DNA of 64,000 bases from a bacterium (GCA_030647205.1 JAUSJO010000002.1:177112-241111); one strand, 5' to 3'; positions 28,437 to 38,313 are shown, counted from the first letter of the stretch. Notes: a model not told the origin generated them from the letters alone. Numbers and translations: made by a program.

Positions 28437-29609
28437 ATGAAAATTTGCATAATTGCGCCGCTTGTCATACCGATTCTGGGTAACGAGCAGGAATACGGCG
28501 GCATCGAGACAGTTATATCGATAGCATCGGAAGAACTTGTGAAAAGAGGTCACGAGGTCTATATGTTTGCTTCAGGTGACTCTAAAACCTCGGCGAAACT
28601 AATAGCAACAACACCAAAATCTTTTGGGCAAGGCATCTCTTTTGAGAAAGAAAAAGAATTTAACTTAAAAGCCTATAAGATGGCAGTAGATATGCAGCCG
28701 GATATTATTTGGGATCATACACTGGCAATACATGCTCACACGCTTCACAAAGACACGTCAAAGTTTATCTTCAAGATGGATATTGAACTTAAATCTGAAG
28801 AGCTAGTCGATACAAATGATATACCGGTTATTCATACTTTGCATGGGCCAGCCAAGGACCATACTCCGAAGATAATTCAGGCTTTGTCAGATGCAGGGCA
28901 TTTCTTGGTTAGTATTAGTAAAGATCAGGCAAGGCAGTTTTTGCCTTTTTTTGATATCAAACAGCATCTGGGAACTGTTTATAATGCTGTCAACTTAGAC
29001 CTATACTCTGCCAATTACGATAAAAAAGGTGACTATCTGCTTTGGGTAGGAAGGTATTGTATGGAGAAAGGCCCGCACATAGCCATAGAAGTGGCTCATA
29101 AAGTAGAAATACCGATTAAGCTAATTGGTAAGGTGGCTGAAAAGCACGAGGTCGCATACTTCAAAAAATTTGTTGAGCCGATGCTGAGTCCAAAAGATAA
29201 AGTTCTCGGCATGGTGAGCGCGAAAGAAAAAATAAATCTTCTCAGAAATGCTAAAGCGACAATGATGACAAACTTATGGGCCGAGCCGTTTGGTTTAGTG
29301 GCGGCCGAGTCTATGGCTTCCGGGACGCCGGTAGTGGGGCCATCTCTTGGTTCGCTCACTGAGCTTATTGATCAAGCCGGCGTTTTGGTACCGGTAGGCG
29401 ATCTCACATTAGACGAAAATGACACGAGGGTGACGTCATCTCAGCGTGAATATATTGACCGGATTGTTAAATATATGGGGAAAATAGACAAAATCCCTCC
29501 ATCAGTACCGAGGAAAAGGGCAGAATTTTTATTTTCTCCAAAAAATAACGCCGATGGTTATGAAGAAGCTTTCTTAAAAGCTATGTATCTCAAGAAATCT
29601 CTCTCTTAG
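28437..29609 (+). CDS. Glycosyltransferase family 4-like (GT-B)
   Basis: N-terminal ICIIAPLVIPILGNEQEYGGIETVISIASEELVKRGHEV and C-terminal E.FGLV..ESMASGTPVVG motifs. Confidence 0.65.
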   Translation: MKICIIAPLVIPILGNEQEYGGIETVISIASEELVKRGHEVYMFASGDSKTSAKLIATTPKSFGQGISFEKEKEFNLKAYKMAVDMQPDIIWDHTLAIHAHTLHKDTSKFIFKMDIELKSEELVDTNDIPVIHTLHGPAKDHTPKIIQALSDAGHFLVSISKDQARQFLPFFDIKQHLGTVYNAVNLDLYSANYDKKGDYLLWVGRYCMEKGPHIAIEVAHKVEIPIKLIGKVAEKHEVAYFKKFVEPMLSPKDKVLGMVSAKEKINLLRNAKATMMTNLWAEPFGLVAAESMASGTPVVGPSLGSLTELIDQAGVLVPVGDLTLDENDTRVTSSQREYIDRIVKYMGKIDKIPPSVPRKRAEFLFSPKNNADGYEEAFLKAMYLKKSLS

Positions 29610-29666
29610 ATTCAACCACATCTATTATTTTGACATAATGATATTTTTAGTTGTTAATATGAAATT

Positions 29667-29696
29667 ATTATTGACAAAATAAAGTGATTATGTTAA
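29667..29696 (+). promoter_or_regulatory. Promoter TTGACA-N17-TAAGAT (AT-rich, host-like) driving the GC-rich island
   Basis: read directly. Confidence 0.4.
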
Positions 29697-29822
29697 GATT
29701 GTATTTGCCATTTTATTTGGCATATTTTTTTGTTCCTTAAAAACTAGAAAAGGAGAAATTATCGACTGAAACCACTGTGTTCAAGTTATTACTAGAGGAA
29801 GGCATAAAACGAGGAGATCCAG

Positions 29823-30074
29823 ATGAACAATCGACAACATGGATTTGTAACTGGGTCTCATCAGGCATCAGAAGGACGCAGGGTCTGGACGGTGCGTGTG
29901 AAAGACCCAAGCAGCAAGTACGATGGGCGCAAGCTTGTCGTTGCTTCAGTTCGCGAAGAACTGGAGTTGGCAAGAGGACTTAATGTCCACTTTGCCATTG
30001 GCAGCGTAGATGACCGTGAAGGGAAAAAAACTCTAAGAGCGGTCGATGTATGCCTTGAAGAAGTAGGCGATTAG
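29823..30074 (+). CDS. Small protein of unknown function, first gene of GC-rich island
   Basis: 83 aa, GAGGAG RBS; markedly GC-rich codons unlike neighbours. Confidence 0.45.
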   Translation: MNNRQHGFVTGSHQASEGRRVWTVRVKDPSSKYDGRKLVVASVREELELARGLNVHFAIGSVDDREGKKTLRAVDVCLEEVGD

Positions 30075-30084
30075 CACTATCGTA

Positions 30085-31611
30085 ATGTCAAATCCGAAAA
30101 GGAGAGCCGAGATGGACAACCAGTCAAAAGTACGGGACATGTTTCAGGAAGCAATGCAGGGTGGGAGCAATCCTCTGAGTGAGGCGTTCGAACAGTTTAT
30201 ATCAACTCTGATGTCGGGTGCCGACGATCATGTCTATGATCCTTCTGTCGAGAGAACTGGTGACAAGGTCATCATTCCCGATGGAGCAAGTATCCCCGAT
30301 GTGATGTCGTCTCTGAGGCGCCAGCATATGATCGAGGAACAGGTCACAAAGATTCATTTTGACCTTCCTGTCTCTCCATGGGACGGTGCTTTGGCGCTGA
30401 CGAAGGCGATCAAGAAGAACATAGGCCCGATTATCCAGAAAGATGGCCTTTTTGGAGCACATCAGATGGATGTCGAGGTCGATCTTGGGAAGACCGTTTC
30501 CGTACCGTGGGGATACTTTGAGATTCCCGGTATGGACGACGCAGAAGTTCAGACTGATTACACGTTCAGAGATGGCCGCGTAGTCTTCCAGTGCAACATC
30601 GAGTGCAAGCGCAAGTATGAGGAGCGGGTTCGCCGGTTGATCGATACTGTTCGTGAGATAGCTGCGAAGGAGAGTCTCCATCGCGGTAAGGCGTTCAGTA
30701 TCGCTTTCCGCGATGAAGATGGAGATCCTATCCGGCTACCGATGCCGAAGTTCTTCGAATTCCTGGATGATGAGCCGATTTTCTCAACCGAGATGGAAGA
30801 GCAGATCGAAAGGAACGTTTTCGTTCCGATTCGGTATGCCGAAGAGATGCGGGAAATGGACGAGTCACTCAAGCGCGGAGTGCTTTTCACCGGTAAATAC
30901 GGTGTGGGCAAGACTCTGCTTGCGAGCCACATTGCTCGTATTGCTACGGCTGAGGGCTGGACGTTCATATATGTCAAGGACTCCAGGGAGCTTCCGGCGG
31001 CGCTTCGGTTCGCCCAGCAGTATCAGCCGGTAGTCGTATACGCTGAGGATGTGGATCGCGTAGCTGGTCCGGAACGTACCGATGATGTGAATGATCTCTT
31101 AAATGAGCTCGATGGTGTTGACTCGAAGTCGGCGGAAATTCTAACGATCCTGACTTCAAATCATCCCGATCATATCAACGCAGCTATGCTGCGTCCCGGA
31201 CGTGTCGATCTGGTGCTGGAAGTTCTGCCTCCTGACGCCGAAACCGTGCAGCGTATGATCATACGCTACTGCGGTGACGCGCTCGAGCAGAATGCTGACC
31301 TAACGGCAGCGTCACAGATCCTCGAGGGAGAGACTCCCGCGCGGGTTCGCGAAGCTATCGGTCGGGCAAAGCTCGAGTCCCTGCGTCGTACGGGAGATCG
31401 GACAGCGAAGATCACCGGTGATGATCTCGAGGCAGTTGCCAACGAGGTCAAGGCTGAGGCCAGCCTTATCCAGTCGAACGCAAAAGGCTCGGGCAAAGAT
31501 CATACTGCTCAGATCGCAGATGGGTTCGCTGATGTGATCAGCGCCGTAAAGGCATCTATGACTGATGGCGGCAACGGCCATGGTAAAAAGGACCAGATCG
31601 CTCGCGTTTAG
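30085..31611 (+). CDS. Classical-clade AAA ATPase with ~250-aa N-terminal domain of unknown function
   Basis: Walker A GKYGVGKT, Walker B VVVYAEDVD, sensor-1/SRH TSNHPDHINAAMLRPGRVDLV (Arg finger). Confidence 0.75.
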   Translation: MSNPKRRAEMDNQSKVRDMFQEAMQGGSNPLSEAFEQFISTLMSGADDHVYDPSVERTGDKVIIPDGASIPDVMSSLRRQHMIEEQVTKIHFDLPVSPWDGALALTKAIKKNIGPIIQKDGLFGAHQMDVEVDLGKTVSVPWGYFEIPGMDDAEVQTDYTFRDGRVVFQCNIECKRKYEERVRRLIDTVREIAAKESLHRGKAFSIAFRDEDGDPIRLPMPKFFEFLDDEPIFSTEMEEQIERNVFVPIRYAEEMREMDESLKRGVLFTGKYGVGKTLLASHIARIATAEGWTFIYVKDSRELPAALRFAQQYQPVVVYAEDVDRVAGPERTDDVNDLLNELDGVDSKSAEILTILTSNHPDHINAAMLRPGRVDLVLEVLPPDAETVQRMIIRYCGDALEQNADLTAASQILEGETPARVREAIGRAKLESLRRTGDRTAKITGDDLEAVANEVKAEASLIQSNAKGSGKDHTAQIADGFADVISAVKASMTDGGNGHGKKDQIARV

Positions 31612-31640
31612 GCGATTCTCTCGATCTAGTTACAAGTCCC

Positions 31641-31692
31641 CCGCTGACGTTAAGTCGGCGGGGGATATTTTTTATTTTTTTCTGTTATCGGA
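31641..31692 (+). terminator. Strong rho-independent terminator ending GC-rich island
   Basis: CCCCCGCTGACGTTAAGTCGGCGGGGG + long T-run. Confidence 0.75.
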
Positions 31693-31800
31693 GTGAGCTA
31701 GGAGGTATATGAAGGCGCCGAGAAAAACCAGGAATAGTCCTGTTCCAATAGGTGACCCCCAGCCAAGAATCGGATATAAGTCCATTTTTAGCTCCTTTAA

Positions 31801-31992
31801 TTATTTTTTATCTTTGACTTTGAAGTCACAGCACGACCAAGAGTGCATCGATCTTCTTTTAACTAATATAGAGATGCCGAACGCGATAAGCAGTAGCGGC
31901 CAGAAAATACTCCAGAAGTCCCCCGGAAGATAGCCGAGATTTTGTAGTAGCCATGCAATGCCGGCGACAATTATCATACTTGCAAATATCAT
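31801..31992 (-). CDS. Small 2-TM membrane protein
   Basis: ORF with hydrophobic helices; RBS-like GGAGTAAAAAATG. Confidence 0.35.
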   Translation of the reverse strand: MIFASMIIVAGIAWLLQNLGYLPGDFWSIFWPLLLIAFGISILVKRRSMHSWSCCDFKVKDKK

Positions 31993-32129
31993 TTTTTACT
32001 CCTTTTTATCTTCCTTTTATTATATTTTATTTATAGTAGTTTACAATAGCCTATGTATTCTGCTGTAATCTATCCATTTTTAGCATTCACAAATTGTGCA
32101 AAATCAGCTATAATAGTCAAGTTAAATCC

Positions 32130-32205
32130 GCCCTGGTAGCTCAATGGATAGAGCAACAGCCTTCTAAGCTGTAGGTTACTGGTTCGAGTCCAGTCCAGGG
32201 CACCA
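32130..32205 (+). tRNA. tRNA-Arg (anticodon TCT)
   Basis: acceptor GCCCTGG/CCAGGGC, anticodon loop CTTCTAA, T-loop TTCGAGT, CCA encoded. Confidence 0.85.
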
Positions 32206-32221
32206 GAGAAATTTAATATGC

Positions 32222-32297
32222 GGGTTGCTAGCTCAATCGGTAGAGCAACTGCCTCTTAAGCAGTAGGTTCTGGGTTCAAGTCCCAGGCAACCCACCA
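32222..32297 (+). tRNA. tRNA-Lys (anticodon CTT)
   Basis: acceptor GGGTTGC/GCAACCC, anticodon loop CTCTTAA, T-loop TTCAAGT, CCA encoded. Confidence 0.85.
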
Positions 32298-32429
32298 AAA
32301 TAAACCTTCGTTTTGCGGAGTTTTTATTTTTGGTTGTATTGGGTGAGAATACAGTCTAAGATTAAAATCAAAAGACATTGAAACCAGGTATGAATCGTGT
32401 ATAATATATTTACTAAGTAGGAGAAAAAA

Positions 32430-32975
32430 ATGGCAGAGGATCAAAATACAATTCAGGATAACAATAATATGAAGATTGCGGTTACCATAATAATTTTATT
32501 AGTGGTGCTACTTGCGGTAGCGGTTTTTTCTTTACAACAAAAGAAAAACAGTAATAGTGTAGTCAGCGATACGGCAGCAACCAACACAACCGAAAATACA
32601 GGATCTGCTTCTGGCAGAGATACAGTAGCCGGTGATGCCGGGTCTCTTGGTAAAAACGAAGTGAAGCTCACTGATGCAAACTTTGCTTCTGAGGTAGAAA
32701 ACTCTAAGGGGGTATTCCTAGTGGATTTTTATCTTTCTACTTGTCCTCATTGCCAGAAAGTAGCTAAAGATGTAACAGCAGTATCTGACGAGCTTGTGGG
32801 GAAAGCTAAAGTTGGCAAACTCGAGGGGAGAGAAAGCAACACAACAGCGACCAAATATAATGTTCAAGGAGTACCAACTTTCATCGTCTTTAAGGATGGA
32901 AAACAGGTCGATCAAGCTGAAGGAGAGAGAACTAAGCAGCAGCTTTTGGATATGGTAAATAAATATCTAAAATAA
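32430..32975 (+). CDS. Membrane-anchored thioredoxin-family protein
   Basis: N-terminal TM, CPHC active site, QGVPTFIVFKDG thioredoxin fold motif. Confidence 0.75.
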   Translation: MAEDQNTIQDNNNMKIAVTIIILLVVLLAVAVFSLQQKKNSNSVVSDTAATNTTENTGSASGRDTVAGDAGSLGKNEVKLTDANFASEVENSKGVFLVDFYLSTCPHCQKVAKDVTAVSDELVGKAKVGKLEGRESNTTATKYNVQGVPTFIVFKDGKQVDQAEGERTKQQLLDMVNKYLK

Positions 32976-33024
32976 ACTTTCAAAAGAAAATGGAGGCTCA
33001 AACGAGCCTCCATTTTCTATGTGA

Positions 33025-33405
33025 TTATTTCTTGTAGTATTTCAAGATCTCTTTGACTTTGTTTACCACTTCGATAGGAGTCATGTCAGCTTTTACTATA
33101 TAGTCAGTTGCACCGATCTTATAAATCTCCTCGGACGTAGCCTCATTGCCCAGATTTGTCAGTATTATGACGAGCATATCTTGTTTATCGGGGGTTTGCC
33201 TAATATTTTTTAGCACTTCAAGGCCATTAACTTTTGGCATCATGATATCTAGAAGGATAATATCAGGTGTGAAAGTTTCCAGTTGGTCAAGGGCTGCTTG
33301 CCCGTCCTCTGCAACATGAACTTCAAAGCCTTCAAGTTCAAACTTGCGCTTGTACATGTCAATAAGCTGGATATCATCTTCGGCAAGAAGTATTTTGTAT
33401 GCCAT
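33025..33405 (-). CDS. Single-domain response regulator (CheY-like receiver)
   Basis: ILLAEDD...DIILLDIMMPKVNGLEVL...K motifs (Asp phospho-acceptor pocket). Confidence 0.8.
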   Translation of the reverse strand: MAYKILLAEDDIQLIDMYKRKFELEGFEVHVAEDGQAALDQLETFTPDIILLDIMMPKVNGLEVLKNIRQTPDKQDMLVIILTNLGNEATSEEIYKIGATDYIVKADMTPIEVVNKVKEILKYYKK

Positions 33406-33506
33406 AACCTTCGACTATCTTATGAACCGATTTTAGCCTTTATTTATGTCCTTGTCAAACAGGACCGTTTCTATAGAAAAATTTACAAATCTGTTATAAT
33501 TATGCC

Positions 33507-33854
33507 ATGAGAAAAGATGTATCTTTGCTCAGAAGACCCGGTTTATTATGGCTACCTGCATTTGTTTTGCCAAGTATGTCCTATGCCCAGACAATAGACT
33601 TAGCTGATAAGTCCACGTCATTGACTGATTTGTTTTTGAGGGCAGTTAACTGGGGTCTTTTAGCTATAATTTTAGCTGGACTTTTAACGATGCCTTTGGT
33701 TGGACGTTCTTGGTATAAAAGAAATCGGGCAGACCACACTTGGGTTGATTTCTTCAAATCAGGAAATTTTGCGATCAGGATTTCCATCATTATTCTTGCA
33801 TTTATACTGTGGATCTTTAAGATTATCGACTACGTCACCCATAAGTTTCTTTAG
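33507..33854 (+). CDS. Small membrane protein, unknown function
   Basis: ORF with 3 hydrophobic segments. Confidence 0.3.
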   Translation: MRKDVSLLRRPGLLWLPAFVLPSMSYAQTIDLADKSTSLTDLFLRAVNWGLLAIILAGLLTMPLVGRSWYKRNRADHTWVDFFKSGNFAIRISIIILAFILWIFKIIDYVTHKFL

Positions 33855-33931
33855 ATAATCCTAGGGGCAAAAAGTTTTATTGACGGGTGGGAATATAAAG
33901 CTTTATAATTTAGGAAGTAACTTACGAGATT

Positions 33932-36052
33932 ATGGAAGAAAAATATACAACATGGAAAGATATGCGAGAGCCGCTTCCCTATGAAAATGATGGTAAAAAA
34001 GGGCAAAAACCAGGGGGAGAACAGGCATTAGCAAATGATAAGAAAGCGGAGTATTTGGGAGCTTTAGATAAGGAGCTTGCTTCCCTTGTTGAATCCGGCA
34101 GGATTAGCCCGGAAGAAGCTAAGGGGAAAAGAGAGAGAGCTGAGCAGATCAAAACCGGGTTTTCCGATGACCTGGCTCACGATGCTCTTATGTTCGCTAC
34201 AGCAGGGGTTGTTAGTGAGAAGGAAAGAATAGAAATTATCAATAAGGGCCGAAAAGGCAAATCTGACTTCAAGGGTGTAAATCCCTCTGATTTTCGCACG
34301 CCTTATGATTGGGAGGAGAAGAGTGATGATTCTGAGGCAGAGCCTCATAATGAAAAACAAAAAGAAGAATTTCTTAAGGCGCTAGACAAAGAGCTCGTCT
34401 CCATGGTTAGGTCCGGTAAAATTAGCCTAGAAGAGGCAGAAGGAAAAAGAAAAAGAGCTGAACTGATCGAAACCGGACTTTCTGATGATCCGGAAGAGAA
34501 GGCGATTAGTTTTGCTCGAGAGGGCATTGAAGGCGCTGAAGATGATCCTAAGACCAAAGATCTCAACTCAGAAAAAAGTGAGAAGATCAAAGCTCTAAGA
34601 GAAAAGATTGACAAGATTAGCAAAGAACTGGAAGGACTAATCAAGGAACTTGAAAAGATTCAAAGTGGAGAGACTACTTCAGAGGAGGATGAGGAGAAGG
34701 AAGATGAAGAAGACGAAAAGGCAGACATTTATGAGACCCCGGCCTATAAAGAGGTGATTGCCGAGAGGGAAAAATACCTTAAAGCTATGGCGAAGAAAAG
34801 GAAGTGGTTTAGACGGGGGGCGAAGAACGGCACTGAGGAGCTAAGAGAAAAATATATCGACAGTTTGAACAAGTTTGTTGCCGAAAGGGTTGCCGCAATG
34901 AAGGGAGAGGGTCTTTCTGAAGAAGAGATAAGCCGTGAAGTTTCCAAGTTGGTTGTCGGGGAAACATACGACAGAACTAATAGAGAGGTTGAACTGGCGA
35001 ATGATAAAAAATCGAGGAGGGTTTTAAACTGGTTCAAGCAACATCCGAAGCTGCGTATGGTGATAGGTGGAGCTTTGACTGTAGGGGCTGTCGCTGCAGG
35101 TGCTACGGGTGCATTTCCGTTATCTGTCGCTTTTCTTGGCGCAAGGGCAGCAGTTGGAGGTGTGGGTACAGCTATCGCGGCCGAAGGCGGACTTGACTGG
35201 TTAGGAGAAAAGTATAGCCGTAAGCGCGGTGCAATGAGCGGAAACTCAAAGGAAGATATAGACGCGCTGAGGCATAAGGAAATGACAAGCTGGAATCTAA
35301 ACCCTACCGATAAGATGAGTTATGAGGAATGGGTAAAGACAATGGCAAGAGCGGAGGATATGGTTGCAGCGACATTGTCTCAGTCACTAGACAAAAAGCT
35401 GGCGGCTCATCTGGCGCATTCCGTGAGAAAAGGAAAGATGTTCGAAAAAGAAGATATAGTCGATATATCGGTAGAAAAACGAAATCAGTTTGAAAGAGAT
35501 ATGGTGTCAATGATGGCAAAGGGTATAAGTGTAGACGGAGCAAGGGCAAATCTTGTTGAAGCTTCGGTCCGTACAGAGCTCTTGGCAGTCGAGAATGCTC
35601 AAGACAGAGAAAGAACCAGATCCATACAGAGATGGGCAGCAGCAGGAGCTCTTGGTGTTATTTCGGCAGGAGTTTTCTTTGGCAGAGGTCTTGGTAATAT
35701 AAGAGCCCAAGAAGCTGCTATGTCCGGCAAATCGTCCTTGGCGGATCATCCTAAAGCAGCAGCATCAGTACCAAAAGAAGCGGCTCATGTTCCATCTTTA
35801 CAAGAAAAGGTTAGCAATTACAGCGTAACTGAAGTTGCAAAGCCGGGTGATGGAAACTGGATGCTTGCCGAAAGAGGTCTGGATAGTTTCAAGGACCAGT
35901 TTGGCTTCCATGATTTGACCAAGACTCAAGATATTATAGCTACTGATTATATAAAGGATGTTTTGGGTGAGCAAGGACTACAGATAGGGGAAACCAAACG
36001 GATACCCGGTACTCTTATCAACGAGGCGTATAACTATGCCAAGGCTCATTAA
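33932..36052 (+). CDS. Large charged/coiled-coil protein with two ~55-aa internal repeats and a Gly-zipper TM segment; unknown function
   Basis: repeat EYLGALDKELASLVESGRISPEEAKGKRERAEQIKTGFSDD vs EFLKALDKELVSMVRSGKISLEEAEGKRKRAELIETGLSDD; GGALTVGAVAAGATGAF segment. Confidence 0.45.
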   Translation: MEEKYTTWKDMREPLPYENDGKKGQKPGGEQALANDKKAEYLGALDKELASLVESGRISPEEAKGKRERAEQIKTGFSDDLAHDALMFATAGVVSEKERIEIINKGRKGKSDFKGVNPSDFRTPYDWEEKSDDSEAEPHNEKQKEEFLKALDKELVSMVRSGKISLEEAEGKRKRAELIETGLSDDPEEKAISFAREGIEGAEDDPKTKDLNSEKSEKIKALREKIDKISKELEGLIKELEKIQSGETTSEEDEEKEDEEDEKADIYETPAYKEVIAEREKYLKAMAKKRKWFRRGAKNGTEELREKYIDSLNKFVAERVAAMKGEGLSEEEISREVSKLVVGETYDRTNREVELANDKKSRRVLNWFKQHPKLRMVIGGALTVGAVAAGATGAFPLSVAFLGARAAVGGVGTAIAAEGGLDWLGEKYSRKRGAMSGNSKEDIDALRHKEMTSWNLNPTDKMSYEEWVKTMARAEDMVAATLSQSLDKKLAAHLAHSVRKGKMFEKEDIVDISVEKRNQFERDMVSMMAKGISVDGARANLVEASVRTELLAVENAQDRERTRSIQRWAAAGALGVISAGVFFGRGLGNIRAQEAAMSGKSSLADHPKAAASVPKEAAHVPSLQEKVSNYSVTEVAKPGDGNWMLAERGLDSFKDQFGFHDLTKTQDIIATDYIKDVLGEQGLQIGETKRIPGTLINEAYNYAKAH

Positions 36053-36084
36053 TTTTTAGAAAGTTTTATTAAAGGAGGTACTCG

Positions 36085-36420
36085 ATGAATAACCAAACAA
36101 GCAACTTAATAACCGATCTCGGTCTCGATGGACTACCGGAAGATGAAAAGAATGAAATGATAGTAAAGCTTTCGGAGTCACTGCAAAACAGGATCACCCT
36201 AAGGCTGACTGATACTCTATCTGATGAGCAAAAAAAAGAAATGGATAAGCTGATAACACAAGGTGATGACGACAAAGTCGGGGAATATTTGGTCAAGTCA
36301 GTTCCGGGTATAGACTTCATCATGAAAGATGAATATGAAAAGTTTAGAGATGAGATTTTGAGTGAAAATCAGGAAATAAAGGGAAGAATAGAAGAATTTC
36401 AGAAAAAACAAAAATCTTAA
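36085..36420 (+). CDS. Small acidic hypothetical protein
   Basis: ORF with AAGGAGG RBS; terminator hairpin 36457-36496 downstream. Confidence 0.4.
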   Translation: MNNQTSNLITDLGLDGLPEDEKNEMIVKLSESLQNRITLRLTDTLSDEQKKEMDKLITQGDDDKVGEYLVKSVPGIDFIMKDEYEKFRDEILSENQEIKGRIEEFQKKQKS

Positions 36421-36541
36421 GCAGACCATTCTATAGGCTTAAGTTCTAAAGTTAGCAAAAGAACCAAGAAATAGTGTGAATTCTTGGTTCTTTTGTAATA
36501 TAAGTACTTAAAAATAATATTTTTTACGTTATAATCTACTT

Positions 36542-37429
36542 ATGTCAAAGGCAGTTATCCAAATCAAAGATCTGAAAAAATACTTCGGCAAGGTGAAAGC
36601 TGTCGACGGTATTTCTTTTGACATAGAAAAGGGAGAGATTTTTGGATTCCTAGGTCCGAATGGCGCAGGGAAAACAACTACCATAAGATGTATAATGAAC
36701 TTTTTGTATCCGACCTTAGGTTCTATTTCGATACTTGGTAAAGATGCGGTTAAAGACAGTGTATTTTTGAAATCAAAGATCGGCTATCTGCCGGGAAATG
36801 TCAGCCTGAATAACAACTGGACAGGAAAGAGTCACATAGAATATATAGAGTCCATCAGGGGGAAGTCGGAAAATGCCCGTGAGCTGGCTAAAAAATTCGA
36901 TCTTGATCTCTCGAAGAAATTTAAAAACCTCTCATCGGGAAACAAGCAGAAACTTGGCCTTGTTCTGGCTCTGATGTCCGATCCCGAGATAGTTATTATG
37001 GATGAGCCAACTGTTGGGCTTGATCCGCTTCTTCAGAATCTTATATATGAAGTGCTGGAAGATCTGAGGAAAAAGGGGGCAACTATCCTTATTTCCTCGC
37101 ATAATCTCAGTGAAGTCGAGAGACTTTGCGATAGAGTCGGGATAATCAAGGCCGGCAAGATGGTTACGGTGGAGCCAGTCGCGAAACTGGAGGGAAAGAA
37201 ACTCCATAGGGTTGAAGTGCGCTTTTCCGACAAATATCAGAAAGAAGAATTCAAAGTTAAGGGTGTTGATACAATAGAGGAAATAACCGGGGGATTCATC
37301 TTTACGGTTGGGGGAGATTTGAACCCGTTGCTACAAAAAATAACCAAGCATAAGATCACTGACATTGAAATAACTCATGCCAATCTGGAAGAGATATTTT
37401 TAAAGTTTTACGAGGGAGGGCCGAAGTAA
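36542..37429 (+). CDS. ABC transporter ATP-binding protein (ABC-2 exporter type)
   Basis: Walker A GPNGAGKTTT, signature LSSGNKQKL, Walker B IVIMDEPTVGLD. Confidence 0.8.
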   Translation: MSKAVIQIKDLKKYFGKVKAVDGISFDIEKGEIFGFLGPNGAGKTTTIRCIMNFLYPTLGSISILGKDAVKDSVFLKSKIGYLPGNVSLNNNWTGKSHIEYIESIRGKSENARELAKKFDLDLSKKFKNLSSGNKQKLGLVLALMSDPEIVIMDEPTVGLDPLLQNLIYEVLEDLRKKGATILISSHNLSEVERLCDRVGIIKAGKMVTVEPVAKLEGKKLHRVEVRFSDKYQKEEFKVKGVDTIEEITGGFIFTVGGDLNPLLQKITKHKITDIEITHANLEEIFLKFYEGGPK

Positions 37430-38238
37430 TGCGAGGTATATTTACGAGATTCTTTAAGGATAAAAAAGCCATGACCATTGGCTTCTGCCTTGGCGCATTA
37501 GGGTTTATCGAGATGTATGTCGCTCTCTTCCCCTCAATCCAAAAGCAAGCGAACGAACTCAATAAAATGATGGAGTCATTTCCGAAAGAGTTTATGAAGG
37601 TATTTGGCATGGATAGTGCTCAGCTGATGTTTGCTAAACTGGAAAATTATATGTCAACTGAGTATTTCAGTTTTTTCTGGCCGATCTTGGTGACTATTAT
37701 GGCAATCTCATTCGCAAATGCTATCTGTGTGGGTGAAATAGAGAAAAAAACAATTGAGATTACCTTGGCTCAGCCGATTTCCAGGGCCAAAATACTACTC
37801 TCGAGATATCTGGGAGGCGCCTTGGCCATCACACTTTTTACTGTCGTTTCCTCATATGGCATTCTTGGTTTCGCATTTCTGCACAAGATAGACTATAGTC
37901 TGGCTAACTATGCCACGGTTGCTTTTGTGGGCACTCTTTGCGGTTTGGCAATATTCTCAATAGCGACATTTTTCTCTGTTCTTTTTTCAGAAAGAGGGCG
38001 CTCGACCATGGCCACTGTAGGTATTTTGCTCCTTATGTATGCCCTAAACATCATTTCCGGGCTGAAAGATAGCTTACAAAATCTAAAATATGTATCTTTC
38101 TTCCACTATTTCAATGCTCCTGAAGTCTTTGGTAACAACAGGATAGTTGACTGGTCGATAATAGTTTTTGCAGGAACAATATTGCTCTTTCTCCTAGCCG
38201 CGGTCCTCCGTTTTCAGAAAAGAGATATTTCAGTCTAG
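37429..38238 (+). CDS. ABC-2 family permease (6 TM)
   Basis: translationally coupled to ATPase (TAATG overlap); multi-TM. Confidence 0.6.
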   Translation: MRGIFTRFFKDKKAMTIGFCLGALGFIEMYVALFPSIQKQANELNKMMESFPKEFMKVFGMDSAQLMFAKLENYMSTEYFSFFWPILVTIMAISFANAICVGEIEKKTIEITLAQPISRAKILLSRYLGGALAITLFTVVSSYGILGFAFLHKIDYSLANYATVAFVGTLCGLAIFSIATFFSVLFSERGRSTMATVGILLLMYALNIISGLKDSLQNLKYVSFFHYFNAPEVFGNNRIVDWSIIVFAGTILLFLLAAVLRFQKRDISV

Positions 38239-38313
38239 CCATCAACTCGTAATTTCCTTGTTCTCAAGGCAAATTTGTGCTAGAATCTTTGCTATTCGTT
38301 TAATATAGGAAAA

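Noticed and set aside
29777-29983. 68-aa GTG-initiated ORF overlapping the start of the GC-rich island
   Set aside because: Out-of-frame overlap with the RBS-preceded 29823 ORF; arises because GC-rich DNA has few stops; no RBS.
30085-31611. Assigning the AAA ATPase island to a named anti-phage system (Gabija, Septu, PARIS, etc.)
   Set aside because: Those systems use ABC/OLD-type or other ATPase clades with nuclease partners; here the ATPase is classical-clade AAA with an unknown N-domain and an 83-aa partner. No basis for a specific assignment.
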